A stretch of DNA of 64,000 nucleotides, taken from Alphaproteobacteria bacterium (GTDB taxonomy: Bacteria; Pseudomonadota; Alphaproteobacteria; Rs-D84). Location of the stretch: assembly GCA_024402715.1 (NCBI GenBank), contig JAKSTF010000001.1:6757-70756 (forward strand), in the 5' to 3' direction. Under the pieces are notes generated by a model. The model was not told the DNA's origin and searched no databases. It saw only the letters and a list, made by a program, of their open reading frames with translations. The position numbers and the translations under genes were made by a program. This document shows positions 1-11,197 of the stretch, in pieces (position 1 is the first letter of the stretch; each line of letters starts with the position of its first letter).

Positions 1-84
1 AAATACTATTTTACGCATTTTATTTTCCCCATAACAAATACCAAAAGGTACATAATTTCAAATTAAAACTATGTACCTAATTTA

Positions 85-1299
85 TTAAAAATACAAGAAT
101 GCCTGAACACCAAACGATAATTCTGATTTATTTTCTATTTTATATTTACCTTCTTCGTGAACCAAATTAGCCGGACTATCATACCCATCCATAAAATAAT
201 CAAACTTTGAACCGTTTGCACTGTCATATACAGATGTTTTTGCGTATAAATTCAGGCCCAACCAATCATTTGGTTGCCATCCAATCGCCGCTTTTAATGA
301 CAACATATTGTGCCAATCATAATAACCATACAGTGCTTCGGCATTTAATGTCCAATCTTCATCCATTACGGTAAAGACGCCAATACCGCCTTCGGCATAA
401 ATTATACTGTCCGCATGTGTTCCCTGAACCAAAACCAACGATGACGGGCCATAATCATTTTCACCGGCCATATAATTGCCATAAAAATCACCATCATACG
501 AATAATACCAACCACGGCCAACACCATATACAGTTGATGACGCAACCTTGTACCCGGCACGAAAATCCAACGCAAATACGTCTGCCCTAAAATCACCGCG
601 AGCATAGTTATAATATCCAGATAATGTTGCAATACCACGATCTGTATCCAGAACACGCCATTGTGCACCAATGTTTATTGAATTCAAATCACTGCTGTCG
701 CTGGTTGCATTGTCCAAACCATCAAATTTCATTTTATACTTATTGGCACTGTATTGTCCACCAACCGCCAACGCGACAGTATCTGTTAAACCAACACTGA
801 CCGTTTCCTGAACAACAAATTGACTGGTTTTCCAATTTGAATCTTGATACATATTTGTCGAACCAACCGGCTGCATTTTAAAATCAAACGCATCGTTATA
901 GTATGAAACGTCTGTGGCAGATGCAAATTTACCCTTTAACGGTTGAAAAAACGGATGTGCTAAAAAATACTTACGTTTTAATTCCGTCCGATATGTTTCC
1001 GCACGCGATGTACGGACAGTCTGCATTCCACTGCGATTTGCTGTATACTGTTTATATAACTGACTGCGATCAGATGGTTTTGTGTAATAAATATTGCGCG
1101 CATCTTGGGCATCATATGTTTTTGTCGATGTACGTGTTTCATACTTTTCATAATCAACGTTTACACGCGTACGAACCGATGGATTACCGGTAAAATCGGC
1201 CACAGATGCGCCATTCATTCCAGAATTTGTCGCAGCCCACACAGGCGCCATACCAAAAACTGCAACCGCCCAAATGAACAAAGACATTTGCTTTTGCAT
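85..1299 (-). CDS. Putative outer-membrane beta-barrel protein
   Basis: N-terminal signal peptide (..MAPVWA), aromatic-rich alternating beta-strand pattern, C-terminal ..GVQAFLYF (BAM-type terminal Phe). Confidence 0.6.
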   Translation of the reverse strand: MQKQMSLFIWAVAVFGMAPVWAATNSGMNGASVADFTGNPSVRTRVNVDYEKYETRTSTKTYDAQDARNIYYTKPSDRSQLYKQYTANRSGMQTVRTSRAETYRTELKRKYFLAHPFFQPLKGKFASATDVSYYNDAFDFKMQPVGSTNMYQDSNWKTSQFVVQETVSVGLTDTVALAVGGQYSANKYKMKFDGLDNATSDSSDLNSINIGAQWRVLDTDRGIATLSGYYNYARGDFRADVFALDFRAGYKVASSTVYGVGRGWYYSYDGDFYGNYMAGENDYGPSSLVLVQGTHADSIIYAEGGIGVFTVMDEDWTLNAEALYGYYDWHNMLSLKAAIGWQPNDWLGLNLYAKTSVYDSANGSKFDYFMDGYDSPANLVHEEGKYKIENKSELSFGVQAFLYF

Positions 1300-1409
1300 G
1301 TTAAAAAACTCCTTTTGTTGGGGTGATTATACCACAAAAAACGAATCGAAAAAAGCACAAAATATATTCAAACACCCCAATAAAACCGGTATTATGACAT
1401 AATTTTTTA

Positions 1410-3701
1410 TTACAAAATATGACGTTTATTATTGGCATCTGGGGAACTAACAACGCCTTCCTGTTCCATGCGTTCAATAAAACCAGCCGCCTTATTATAT
1501 CCAATACTTAAACGACGTTGAATATATGAAATTGTTGGTTTTTTATCGCGTAAAACAATTTCTTTGGCCTGTTCATATAAATCACCATCTTTATTATTAG
1601 CCTTGGTTCCGGTTGTCCCACCACCAGATGCAATATCTGTATCTCCAATCTCACCATCTGTAACACCACTGGCATATTCCGGCGTACCTTGAGTACGTAA
1701 AAAATTACCAATTTTTGTTAATTCTGTATCCGAAATAAATGCCCCATGTATACGTACGGGCTGTAAACCACCTTCGCTGAATAACATATCACCACATGCC
1801 AATAATTGTTCCGCCCCCTTATCCCCCAGTGTTGTCATACTATCAATATAACTACGTGCCTGAAATGAAACACGCGTTGGAAAATTAGCCTTTATCACAC
1901 CAGTAATAGTGGTGGCATCTGGACGCTGGGTTGCCATCACCAAATGAATTCCACAAGCACGTGCCTTTTGTGCAATGCGTTGAATACATGCCTCGACTTC
2001 TTTACGGGCCAATGACATTAAATCTGCAACCTCGTCAATAACAATTACGATATATGCCCACGGTGACATGTCAATTTCTTTGGTTTCAAACAATATTTCA
2101 CCCGTTTCTTCATCCGTTCCAACTGCAACCTGTTGGGTTAAAACCTCGCCATTTGCACGTTTCTGGGCCATAATCTCATTATATGTGGTAAAATCACGTG
2201 CATTAACAAACGCCATACGCTTATATCGATCATCCATTTCGCGCACAGCCCATTTCAATGCATTCACAGCCGCAACTGGATCCAATTTTACAATCGGTGT
2301 TATTAAATGTGGAATATCGTCCCAAAATCCAAAATCAACCCCCTTTGGATCAATAATCATCAATTTACATTTATCGGGGGTAAAATGGTAAACAATTGAT
2401 GTTATAATTGACTGTACAAATACAGATTTACCCGATCCTGTACGCCCTGCAATCAACATATGGGGCATTTTTGCTAAATCATAATACATCGGATTTCCAC
2501 CAATATTTACCCCCAACGCCAATGGAATTTTATATTTAGAATTAATAAACATCGGATCTTCAATCAAAGAACGATACTTTACCGTTTGACGGTTCAAATT
2601 CACCATTTCAACACCAATTAATGTTGTTCCAGGAATGTGTGCGATACGAATATTATGCGTCGCCATTTCACGTATCATATCTTCGACAGTATCTTTAACC
2701 TTAGACATACGTGTCCCAGATTCCAATTCAAATTCATACAATGTAACAATTGGTCCTGGTCTTATTCCAACAACAGATCCCTTTACTCCAAATTCTGCGA
2801 AATGAATTTCCATTGCTTTGGCGTTTTGTTTTAATTCCGGTGTAACAATGTTTTTACCAAAATTTGAACGTTCCAAAAATGCGGGGTCTGGTAATTTATA
2901 TTCTGCAATATCTGTGACCATAACATCTTTGTTTTCATTGCGTGCAATCGCCGTACGTTCAACACGTTTTTTTGAACCTGTACGCTGTCCTCCCCCCTTT
3001 TTTTGTACACGTTCCACTGCATCTATCACAGAATTGGTATTTTCTTCATCCGCATCATCATATGTATCGTCAACCATATTGTTTATTGTATTAATTTTTG
3101 GACGTTGTGAATATGGCATTAAATGAAACACAGACAATATCCAACGTAACGTTTGCAATATAACACGCGATAATGCAATAACATGAACCCATTTTATATG
3201 CAACAAAACTGATGCTAAGAATAAAAATATCGTTAAACACAAAATACCTATTATGCTGCTAAACGCCCCAAATATATTATTAATATCCATTGCAACAATA
3301 CTGCCAACCAATCCCCCCAATGGAACAGACGGTAAAATCAAACCAAAACCGGCGCCCCCAAAACATATCGCAACAAAAAAACGCAATACATTATATTCAG
3401 GCGCAGAATTTTCACTTACACCGAACAACCACGATATCCCCCAACGAATTAAACATAGATACATAAATGCCGATGGAACAAATCCGATACAATAACGTAT
3501 AAAACCAATAAATTGCCCACCTAATGTCTGACTACCAAACGTACTGGCAGTAGAAAATCCGTCCAAATACTGATTGTATGAAAATAATACGAACAATAAC
3601 CATATACCCAACACACACAAAAAACCACCAAATATCTGGCGTGTTATACTTTTTAATGCCCCAGAAATACTATCTGGCAATAATTTAGATCCATTTTCCA
3701 T
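1410..3701 (-). CDS. ftsK: DNA translocase FtsK
   Basis: N-terminal TM domain; PHMLIAGRTGSGKS Walker A, IVIDEVADLM Walker B, ATQRP, C-terminal gamma domain (SYIQRRLSIGYNKAA). Confidence 0.97.
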   Translation of the reverse strand: MENGSKLLPDSISGALKSITRQIFGGFLCVLGIWLLFVLFSYNQYLDGFSTASTFGSQTLGGQFIGFIRYCIGFVPSAFMYLCLIRWGISWLFGVSENSAPEYNVLRFFVAICFGGAGFGLILPSVPLGGLVGSIVAMDINNIFGAFSSIIGILCLTIFLFLASVLLHIKWVHVIALSRVILQTLRWILSVFHLMPYSQRPKINTINNMVDDTYDDADEENTNSVIDAVERVQKKGGGQRTGSKKRVERTAIARNENKDVMVTDIAEYKLPDPAFLERSNFGKNIVTPELKQNAKAMEIHFAEFGVKGSVVGIRPGPIVTLYEFELESGTRMSKVKDTVEDMIREMATHNIRIAHIPGTTLIGVEMVNLNRQTVKYRSLIEDPMFINSKYKIPLALGVNIGGNPMYYDLAKMPHMLIAGRTGSGKSVFVQSIITSIVYHFTPDKCKLMIIDPKGVDFGFWDDIPHLITPIVKLDPVAAVNALKWAVREMDDRYKRMAFVNARDFTTYNEIMAQKRANGEVLTQQVAVGTDEETGEILFETKEIDMSPWAYIVIVIDEVADLMSLARKEVEACIQRIAQKARACGIHLVMATQRPDATTITGVIKANFPTRVSFQARSYIDSMTTLGDKGAEQLLACGDMLFSEGGLQPVRIHGAFISDTELTKIGNFLRTQGTPEYASGVTDGEIGDTDIASGGGTTGTKANNKDGDLYEQAKEIVLRDKKPTISYIQRRLSIGYNKAAGFIERMEQEGVVSSPDANNKRHIL

Positions 3702-3764
3702 GTCGTGTATTTTATCATAAAAAAATCAAAAAAGCGAAAATAAACACATAAATAATGTGTAATT

Positions 3765-4457
3765 TTATTTTTTATGTTCAAAATGTTTTAAATACGCCAT
3801 TACAAAATCTGCACATATCATACCAATAAATGCCCCAAACAAAACATCCGTTGGCCAATGTGCCCCAACAGCCACCCGCGACACTGCAACAACAATTGCC
3901 ACCGTCCATGTTACAGGTTTCAATTTTGGTACCAATAACCCTAACATAACTAACCCAGCAAAAGATGCCGCCGCATGCCCAGACGGCATTGAATTATACG
4001 CCCATTCTGTCGACATCGGATAAAAACCAATCATATCCAGGGCCTCAAAAAACACGGGGCGTGCACGCCCAATAACGGCCTTTAACACAACGGTTATAAT
4101 ACTGGCCATAAAGACCGAACAAAATATAAAAAATGCATAACTACGCTTTGTTTTTTCTATAAAATCAATAAAAATTGATTTTATTTTGAATTCTTTTACA
4201 AAATTTAAAACATTATTAAATGATTTTACTGTTTTTTTTGCATAAATCACAAAAATCAATATTCCAGTTATAAGTAACCATATTTTTGCATCAAAAATGT
4301 ATCCAAAATATTCCCATAAAATACAATTTAAATTACGCACAAATAAAAATACAGGATAATCAAACCAACACACTCCAGCAATAATTGTTAGCATCCCCCC
4401 CATTGCCGAAAATCCAATTAAATTCCATTTAATCTTGTTATCAGATGTTAAAAACAT
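3765..4457 (-). CDS. PAP2-family membrane phosphatase (LpxE/PgpB-like)
   Basis: KAVIGRARP, PSGH and SRVAVGAHWPTDV motifs. Confidence 0.9.
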   Translation of the reverse strand: MFLTSDNKIKWNLIGFSAMGGMLTIIAGVCWFDYPVFLFVRNLNCILWEYFGYIFDAKIWLLITGILIFVIYAKKTVKSFNNVLNFVKEFKIKSIFIDFIEKTKRSYAFFIFCSVFMASIITVVLKAVIGRARPVFFEALDMIGFYPMSTEWAYNSMPSGHAAASFAGLVMLGLLVPKLKPVTWTVAIVVAVSRVAVGAHWPTDVLFGAFIGMICADFVMAYLKHFEHKK

Positions 4458-4478
4458 ACTTGCCCCCACAATAAAAAA

Positions 4479-5996
4479 CTATTCGGCAATCAATCTGCTG
4501 TAAACAACTTTGTCTGTTAATATCTTCATCGCCACCGCTGCCGAAACAAAATCTTCATCTGCCCCACTGGTAATTGTTGGACACCCACGCCTAATCGCCG
4601 ATACATCAACATCCTTATCACGATTATAATCGTGTGCCTGAAAATCATTATTCACAACATTCAAAAAAAACGCATTTTGTTGTGAATTTGTCCGTATATT
4701 CGATAAACATACAATCGGGAACACCCCCACTCCATCTATTTTGCGTCCATTGCCAGTTTTTAACGATTTATTTAGTAATTCCAACGCACCGCCATCATTT
4801 AAATTGATACGTGTTGCTATACGGGCACTGCCTGCGGTTGGTGTACCAATTAATACGCCACGTTTATTTTCATAAAATGCGGACACAACCGCCTCGGCCG
4901 TTCCACGTGTTTGGTCCGACATCAAAACAATAACATTTGCATGTGTTACCGCATCACCGCCTGGGACAACCTCAACCTCAGCACGGGCGGTTTCAACAAT
5001 TCGCATGATTGGATGTGCCCCGATAAATAATCCTGCAAATTTTGCAGCGGCACGTTCATCATCGCCCGATGCAGCACGCAAATCCAAAACGATACCGGAC
5101 AGATTTGGATATGTAGCCAGAGCTTCGTTCACAATAGAAACCGCATTGTCAGAAATTCTGTGAACAAATATTTCTAAAATTTCCCCTTCATTTCCATTTG
5201 AACGATGAACAATATCTGCGTCAGCTAATACAATTGTTGCACGTCGTAATACAACGTCACGATTTCCGGTTGGTGTCAACAAATGTAACTTTGACGTTCC
5301 AGAATTAAATCCAGTTAATACAGATTCCATATCCGCATCAGTCATATCATGGACAGAACGACCATTTATTTCAGATATCAAATCCCCAGAACGAACCCCA
5401 GCAATATCTGCTGGTGCCCCTTTAAAAACCCCATGAACACGCCAATTACCACGTTCGTCACGAGATCCTGTCAATCCAACACTGGTTAATATACGTCCAT
5501 CTTCATTAACTTCGGCTGCCCGAGAATAAATATAGCGTCCATTTTCATCAATTCCCCGTGTTAAACACGATACAACACGTTGATATATTTCATTGGGGCT
5601 GGCTTGGTGTAAATCAGTATCATTGGCCCGTAATTTTAATATTAACGCCGTGGTAATTTCCCCAAACCCCTTCCAATCTCTGGATGCGGGACGCGGATAA
5701 TTTGCAATTATAGAATCCCGCCAAACCAATACGACCCGTTCATCTGTTGCTGCAATATGTGCATTCGGATTCAATTTTTCCAAACTTTCAATTGCTACAT
5801 TAATATTTTTTCCAGCCCAGCTGACGCTATCTAATTTTTCAAAAATTTCTGCAAATGTTGCCGACATATCAAAAACCGGCAAGTTATCTTGAATTGGTTC
5901 ATCCTCAAAAAATAAACCATCACCATATGCGGGCACAATTGCCAAAAATAAAGTTCCTAATAAAAACAAATTACGCAATTTCATTTTCATCCCCAT
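4479..5996 (-). CDS. S41/CtpA-like PDZ-containing protease homolog, probably catalytically inactive
   Basis: Signal peptide, PDZ (APADIAGVRSGDLISEING), IVLDLR and GxKIDGVGVFP motifs; catalytic Ser/Lys positions substituted; start codon uncertain. Confidence 0.75.
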   Translation of the reverse strand: MGMKMKLRNLFLLGTLFLAIVPAYGDGLFFEDEPIQDNLPVFDMSATFAEIFEKLDSVSWAGKNINVAIESLEKLNPNAHIAATDERVVLVWRDSIIANYPRPASRDWKGFGEITTALILKLRANDTDLHQASPNEIYQRVVSCLTRGIDENGRYIYSRAAEVNEDGRILTSVGLTGSRDERGNWRVHGVFKGAPADIAGVRSGDLISEINGRSVHDMTDADMESVLTGFNSGTSKLHLLTPTGNRDVVLRRATIVLADADIVHRSNGNEGEILEIFVHRISDNAVSIVNEALATYPNLSGIVLDLRAASGDDERAAAKFAGLFIGAHPIMRIVETARAEVEVVPGGDAVTHANVIVLMSDQTRGTAEAVVSAFYENKRGVLIGTPTAGSARIATRINLNDGGALELLNKSLKTGNGRKIDGVGVFPIVCLSNIRTNSQQNAFFLNVVNNDFQAHDYNRDKDVDVSAIRRGCPTITSGADEDFVSAAVAMKILTDKVVYSRLIAE

Positions 5997-6020
5997 ATTT
6001 TGGACTGCGCCCAGATACAT

Positions 6021-6884
6021 TTAATATTGCGTATCACGTAAATTAAAATGATACAAAACAACATTTGAAATATAAATACTGGTTAAAGTTCCCATTATAA
6101 TTGAAAATGTCATTGCTATTGCAAAATCATGTAACATTAATCCACCAAATGAATACAAACCAATCATTGCCAAAATTGTTGAAACACTGGTCATAACGGT
6201 ACGACGCAACATTTCATTAACAGACAAATCAATCAAATCATTCATCGGCATTTTGTGGTATTTTTTAATATTTTCATCAATTCTGTCATAATTTACAACT
6301 TTGTCATTAATAGAATAACCTATCCCCATTAAAATAACCGCAATCGCTGTTTGATTGAATTCCAAGCCTGCAATGGAAAAGAAACCAAACATCAATATAA
6401 AATCCAAAATCAATGAAACAAACGACCCAACCGCATAACCACCGCGATATCTAATCCAAATATAAATACTCATTAATACAAAAGACACCAATATCGCCAA
6501 AATGCCACCACGAACCAATTCCCCACCTATTTTTGGTCCAACAATTTGAACCTGGGCGTATTCAACCTGATTACCCAAAATCTGTTTTATTTCACCAACA
6601 CGGGTATTTTGTTCGGCATCCGTTGCCCCTTTTGGTAACCCAACGCGTATTAAAATTGAATTACCATCAACAGATTGCAATTCTGGGCTAAATGCCGCCA
6701 AATCATGACGCATTTTATCAACCGTCATATCAGTTGATACCGGGGTTACCTCCATCGATATACCACCAGAAAAATCGATTCCGTAATTCAATCCACGTGT
6801 AAACAACGACACAATTGATAACGCAACCAATATTCCTGAAACCCAATACGACAATTTACGATATTTCATAAAACGGAATTTCAT
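6021..6884 (-). CDS. secF: Protein translocase subunit SecF
   Basis: GLNYGIDFSGG, VGPKIG, GYSINDKVVNYDRIDE; follows secD. Confidence 0.95.
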   Translation of the reverse strand: MKFRFMKYRKLSYWVSGILVALSIVSLFTRGLNYGIDFSGGISMEVTPVSTDMTVDKMRHDLAAFSPELQSVDGNSILIRVGLPKGATDAEQNTRVGEIKQILGNQVEYAQVQIVGPKIGGELVRGGILAILVSFVLMSIYIWIRYRGGYAVGSFVSLILDFILMFGFFSIAGLEFNQTAIAVILMGIGYSINDKVVNYDRIDENIKKYHKMPMNDLIDLSVNEMLRRTVMTSVSTILAMIGLYSFGGLMLHDFAIAMTFSIIMGTLTSIYISNVVLYHFNLRDTQY

Positions 6885-6895
6885 TACTGTCCCCT

Positions 6896-8461
6896 TTATT
6901 TATTCTTTATAAAACCAATTTTCTTATTTTTACCATTCATATAAAAATCAATCAGTACACGTGATAACATCATACACGTAAACAACGTTGTTAATACACC
7001 AATTGATAATGTTACGGCAAAACCACGTATCGGCCCAGCACCAAATTGGAACAAAATCAGTGCACAAATCAAATTAGTTAAATTACCATCCATAACAGTC
7101 TTAATCGAACGGTTAAAACCTAAATCAACGGCACGTAATGTTGGGACACCCGAACGAACTTCATCTCGAATACGTTCGAACGGCAATATATTCGCGTCAA
7201 CCGCCATCCCCAATGTCAAAACGATCCCCGCAATACCAGGCAACGTCAATGTTGCACCAAACAACGCAGAAATACCGACAATCATTGCCAAATTAACCAA
7301 TAAAACAATATCTGCGACCAACCCGAATGTACTGTATGCTAATAACATAAATAATATAATAAACAGAACACCAATTGCCGAACCAATTTTACCCGCAGCA
7401 ATTGTATCGGCCCCCAAACCGGCCCCAACTGTACGTTCTTCAATTACCTGTAATGGTGCAGGTAACGCCCCAGATCGTAATAACACCGCTAAATCTTTGG
7501 CCCCCTGCAACGTAAATCCACCTGAAATTTGCCCACGACCGCCTGGAATCGGTTCACGAATTGTTGGAGCGGACAAAACTTTGCCATCCAAAACAATCGC
7601 AAAACGTTCACCAACATGTTCCGTGGTCAAACGCGCAAAACGACGCGCCCCCGTAGCATCAAATACGGTTGTAACAACTGCATCATTATGCTGACCAAAA
7701 TCAGCCTGAGAATCGGTCAATGATTCACCAGAAATTTCAATTCTAGAGTATACTGCAACCATCTGCCCTGGTGCGTTCATATATGGCAAAAACCGCGTTC
7801 CTGCGGGTGCATGCCCCGACATAATTTGTGCATCCGTAACATTTTCATTTACCAAATGGAATGTCATTTTTGCAGTTTGCCCTATCAAATCTTTTATATG
7901 TTCTGGATTATCAACACCGGGCAATTGGATTAAAATATATTTTCCCCCCTGTGTTTGAATTGACGGTTCTTTGGTTCCCAATGCATCAATACGACGACGA
8001 ACGATTTCAATACTGCGCGTTAACGCATCGTTAATCATTTCCTGCTTTTGTTTTTCTGTATATAAAACCGTTATTTGATTTCCATCAGAAGCAACTTCAA
8101 CTCCATTACCCAAAGCAGAGCGCAAACGCCCCTTGGCACGCGAAACGTCATCGGATTCACGTACATTGAACGATATCGCATCACCCGTACTGTGCAAATT
8201 TGCAAATTTAATAACACCTTTGTCACGATTTACTAAAGCAGAACGCACTTCATCATGCAACTGCACAGATTTTTCACGAAACATTGTTTGAGTATCAACC
8301 TCTAACAATAATTGCGCCCCCCCTTTTAAATCCAACCCTAATGGGATTGGTTGAATCCAAGACGGAAAATAAGGCGCCAATTCTGGTTTTATTGTCGGAA
8401 CAACCAACAAAACCCCAAAAATAGCTGTAAAAACTATGGCCAATTTCTTAAACATTTTCAT
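6896..8461 (-). CDS. secD: Protein translocase subunit SecD
   Basis: LGLDLKGG, RRRIDALGTKEP, GMAVDANILPFERIRDE. Confidence 0.97.
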   Translation of the reverse strand: MKMFKKLAIVFTAIFGVLLVVPTIKPELAPYFPSWIQPIPLGLDLKGGAQLLLEVDTQTMFREKSVQLHDEVRSALVNRDKGVIKFANLHSTGDAISFNVRESDDVSRAKGRLRSALGNGVEVASDGNQITVLYTEKQKQEMINDALTRSIEIVRRRIDALGTKEPSIQTQGGKYILIQLPGVDNPEHIKDLIGQTAKMTFHLVNENVTDAQIMSGHAPAGTRFLPYMNAPGQMVAVYSRIEISGESLTDSQADFGQHNDAVVTTVFDATGARRFARLTTEHVGERFAIVLDGKVLSAPTIREPIPGGRGQISGGFTLQGAKDLAVLLRSGALPAPLQVIEERTVGAGLGADTIAAGKIGSAIGVLFIILFMLLAYSTFGLVADIVLLVNLAMIVGISALFGATLTLPGIAGIVLTLGMAVDANILPFERIRDEVRSGVPTLRAVDLGFNRSIKTVMDGNLTNLICALILFQFGAGPIRGFAVTLSIGVLTTLFTCMMLSRVLIDFYMNGKNKKIGFIKNK

Positions 8462-8470
8462 TCCTTATGA

Positions 8471-8779
8471 TTATTCAACCGAAACAACGGTGTTTTTATT
8501 CATTTCAACAACAACACCCTTTGCAATTTCTAAATCTATTGTCTTTTCATTAACTTTCTTAATAACACCATAAATACCTGCTGCTTGAACACGATTACCA
8601 ACCTGCAAAGCATCCAACATTTTTTGATATTCGGCCATACGGCGCTTATTTGGACGAACCATAAACAGATAAATTATTGCAAAAATAACCCCACAATACA
8701 AAACCATTCCAATCCAATCCCCCGCTGGTGTATTTGGTATCGCCTGTGCAACATTATCAACAACTGCTGTTTCTTGCAT
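8471..8779 (-). CDS. yajC: Preprotein translocase subunit YajC
   Basis: Single TM followed by YLFMVRPNKRR..LQVGNRV..GIYG; directly upstream of secD. Confidence 0.92.
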   Translation of the reverse strand: MQETAVVDNVAQAIPNTPAGDWIGMVLYCGVIFAIIYLFMVRPNKRRMAEYQKMLDALQVGNRVQAAGIYGVIKKVNEKTIDLEIAKGVVVEMNKNTVVSVE

Positions 8780-8862
8780 ACTATTTCTCCTTGTTTATTG
8801 TGTCAGAATAGTAAAAAAAGCCGCTGCTGTAAAGTGTAAAAAAATAAAAAATACCTGGAATC

Positions 8863-10632
8863 TTATATACGTTCAAACCAGGAATCCATTTCTGCCAATG
8901 GAATAAATTTATACACAGGGCGCCCATGATTACATTGCCCCCCACGCGTTGTTCGTTCAATATCACGCAACAATGCGTCCATTTGATTAACATCCAATCG
9001 TTGTCCAGCACGAACACTGTGATGACATGCATAATTTGCCAATTTTAAATGCAGGCGCTCACCCAATTGTGATGAATGTCCGTATTCACGAACCTCGGCC
9101 GCAATAGAACCAAACAAATCGGACCAATTTAAATCCCAATCAGCTGGTTTTTCAAAAATAGCAATCGCATCATCACCAAACGCTTCGATATGTAATCCAG
9201 CCATACGCATTTCATCGGCCACAGATAAAACAGCCATAACATCTTCTGCCCGCATGGAAATAACAATAGGTGTTAATAACGGTTGTCCTTTAATCGTGCG
9301 GTTCCTTAAACGTTCATATGTAATGCGTTCGTGTGCCGCATGTTGATCAACAACCACCAAACAATCGGCGGTTGCTGCCAATATGTATTTATTACCAATT
9401 TGTCCAATAATACGTCCCAATGGAAATTCATTGTATACGGCATTTTCTGCCGTATCGGATATTTTTTGTGATATCGTATCTGCAAAAAAAACTGCGTTCA
9501 AATTTTCTTTACAATCATCATTTTTTATTGATTCATTTATTGGTTCACAAATATGTAATACCGGTTCAAATATAAATGCATTTTTCGGCAGAGAATTATT
9601 TTTAAATTCTTTAATTTGTGGTGTAAAAAATATATTTGTTTTATTTTCAACATTATCAACCATTGTACGCGCAAGTGCATCACGTAATGATTTTATAATA
9701 AACGAACGAACATGCGTTGGCTCTAAAAAATGAACATCTGTTTTCGCAGGTGAAACATTTACATCAACACTGCGTGATGGAACGGTTAAATACAATGCAC
9801 ATAATGGGAATTCACGCGCATGCATTACATCCATATAGGCGGCACGTAATGCACCAATTAAAACCTTATCACGAACGGGGCGACCATTAACAAATAAATA
9901 TTGATCTATGCTGGACGCACGTCTTAAGGTCGGCACAGATATGAATCCACTTAACCGCATTCCGTCAACAGTTGAAGAATCTGTATTTATCTCTAACATT
10001 TTTCCACGAACATCTTCCCCCATTACCGTTGTAATACGTTCTATGATGTCCTGATTTTTTGGAAAACGCCATTTATTATTTAATGTAAATCCAACATCTG
10101 ATCGTGCCATTGCCAAACGTTTTACAACATCCAAAACCCCCATCATTTCGGCACGATCGCCACGCAAAAATTTTAACCGCGCAGGTGTTCGGCCAAATAA
10201 ATTTTTTACCCGGATTCTGGTCCCACATTCCCAATCAGATGGTCGTATATCGCCGGTATTTGCATCCAATTGCCACCCATTTTCTGCCCCAACACAGGCA
10301 GTATCAATTGTCATATCCGAAACAGATGCAATTGATGGTAATGCTTCGCCACGAAACCCCATAAAATTTATATTCAATAAATCATCATCGGGTAATTTTG
10401 ATGTTGCATGTCGCAAAATACAATGTTTTAAATCATCACATTGCATTCCAGAACCGTTATCAATAACCGATATCATCGTGCGACCACCATCTGCTACATC
10501 TATCATTATTTGATCTGCACCAGCATCTAATGCATTTTCAACTAGTTCTTTGACTACGCTGGCTGGACGTTCAACAACTTCGCCGGCGGCGATTTGATTT
10601 ATCAAAAAATCTGGCAAAACGCGAACCGGCAC
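8863..10632 (-). CDS. mutL: DNA mismatch repair endonuclease MutL
   Basis: NQIAAGEVVERPASVVKELVEN, GFRGEAL, DQHAAHER, CNHGRP. Confidence 0.98.
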   Translation of the reverse strand: MPVRVLPDFLINQIAAGEVVERPASVVKELVENALDAGADQIMIDVADGGRTMISVIDNGSGMQCDDLKHCILRHATSKLPDDDLLNINFMGFRGEALPSIASVSDMTIDTACVGAENGWQLDANTGDIRPSDWECGTRIRVKNLFGRTPARLKFLRGDRAEMMGVLDVVKRLAMARSDVGFTLNNKWRFPKNQDIIERITTVMGEDVRGKMLEINTDSSTVDGMRLSGFISVPTLRRASSIDQYLFVNGRPVRDKVLIGALRAAYMDVMHAREFPLCALYLTVPSRSVDVNVSPAKTDVHFLEPTHVRSFIIKSLRDALARTMVDNVENKTNIFFTPQIKEFKNNSLPKNAFIFEPVLHICEPINESIKNDDCKENLNAVFFADTISQKISDTAENAVYNEFPLGRIIGQIGNKYILAATADCLVVVDQHAAHERITYERLRNRTIKGQPLLTPIVISMRAEDVMAVLSVADEMRMAGLHIEAFGDDAIAIFEKPADWDLNWSDLFGSIAAEVREYGHSSQLGERLHLKLANYACHHSVRAGQRLDVNQMDALLRDIERTTRGGQCNHGRPVYKFIPLAEMDSWFERI

Positions 10633-10641
10633 TATGCGCCC

Positions 10642-11112
10642 CTATTCTTTAAATTTTACTTCCAAGATTTCATATTCTTTTTCACCGCCAGGCAAACGAA
10701 CAATACATGTATCACCAACACAACGTCCAATCATTGCCCGCCCAACCGGCGATGTGCAAGAAATAACAGTCCGGCCATCGGATTCAATATCTGACAAAAT
10801 ACGACATTGCATACGATTGCCATCTTCGTCTTCGGCAACAACTTTAGCCCCAAAAACAACACGATCACCAGATAGACTGTCTACATCAATTACATTTGCA
10901 TGTTCAATAACATCTTCGATAAATTGGATACGTTTATCAATTTGACGTTGTTTTTCTTTGGCAGCGCTGTAATCCGCATTTTCGGACAAATCCCCCAAAC
11001 TACGGGCCCATTGCACTGTTTTCAAAATCTCTGGCCGTTGAACTTCCTTTAAATCTTTTAATTCTTTGACCAGTTCGTCAAAACCGGCACGTGAAATTGG
11101 TCTTTTTTCCAT
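10642..11112 (-). CDS. greA: Transcription elongation factor GreA
   Basis: GDLSENADY and SPVGRAMIG motifs. Confidence 0.95.
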   Translation of the reverse strand: MEKRPISRAGFDELVKELKDLKEVQRPEILKTVQWARSLGDLSENADYSAAKEKQRQIDKRIQFIEDVIEHANVIDVDSLSGDRVVFGAKVVAEDEDGNRMQCRILSDIESDGRTVISCTSPVGRAMIGRCVGDTCIVRLPGGEKEYEILEVKFKE

Positions 11113-11197
11113 TTTTATATCCTTAAATTTTTATCGATTATACGCATTCAATTTTAATTTTGCAATTATCAATTATATTCGCTATACTTTTCCGGAA

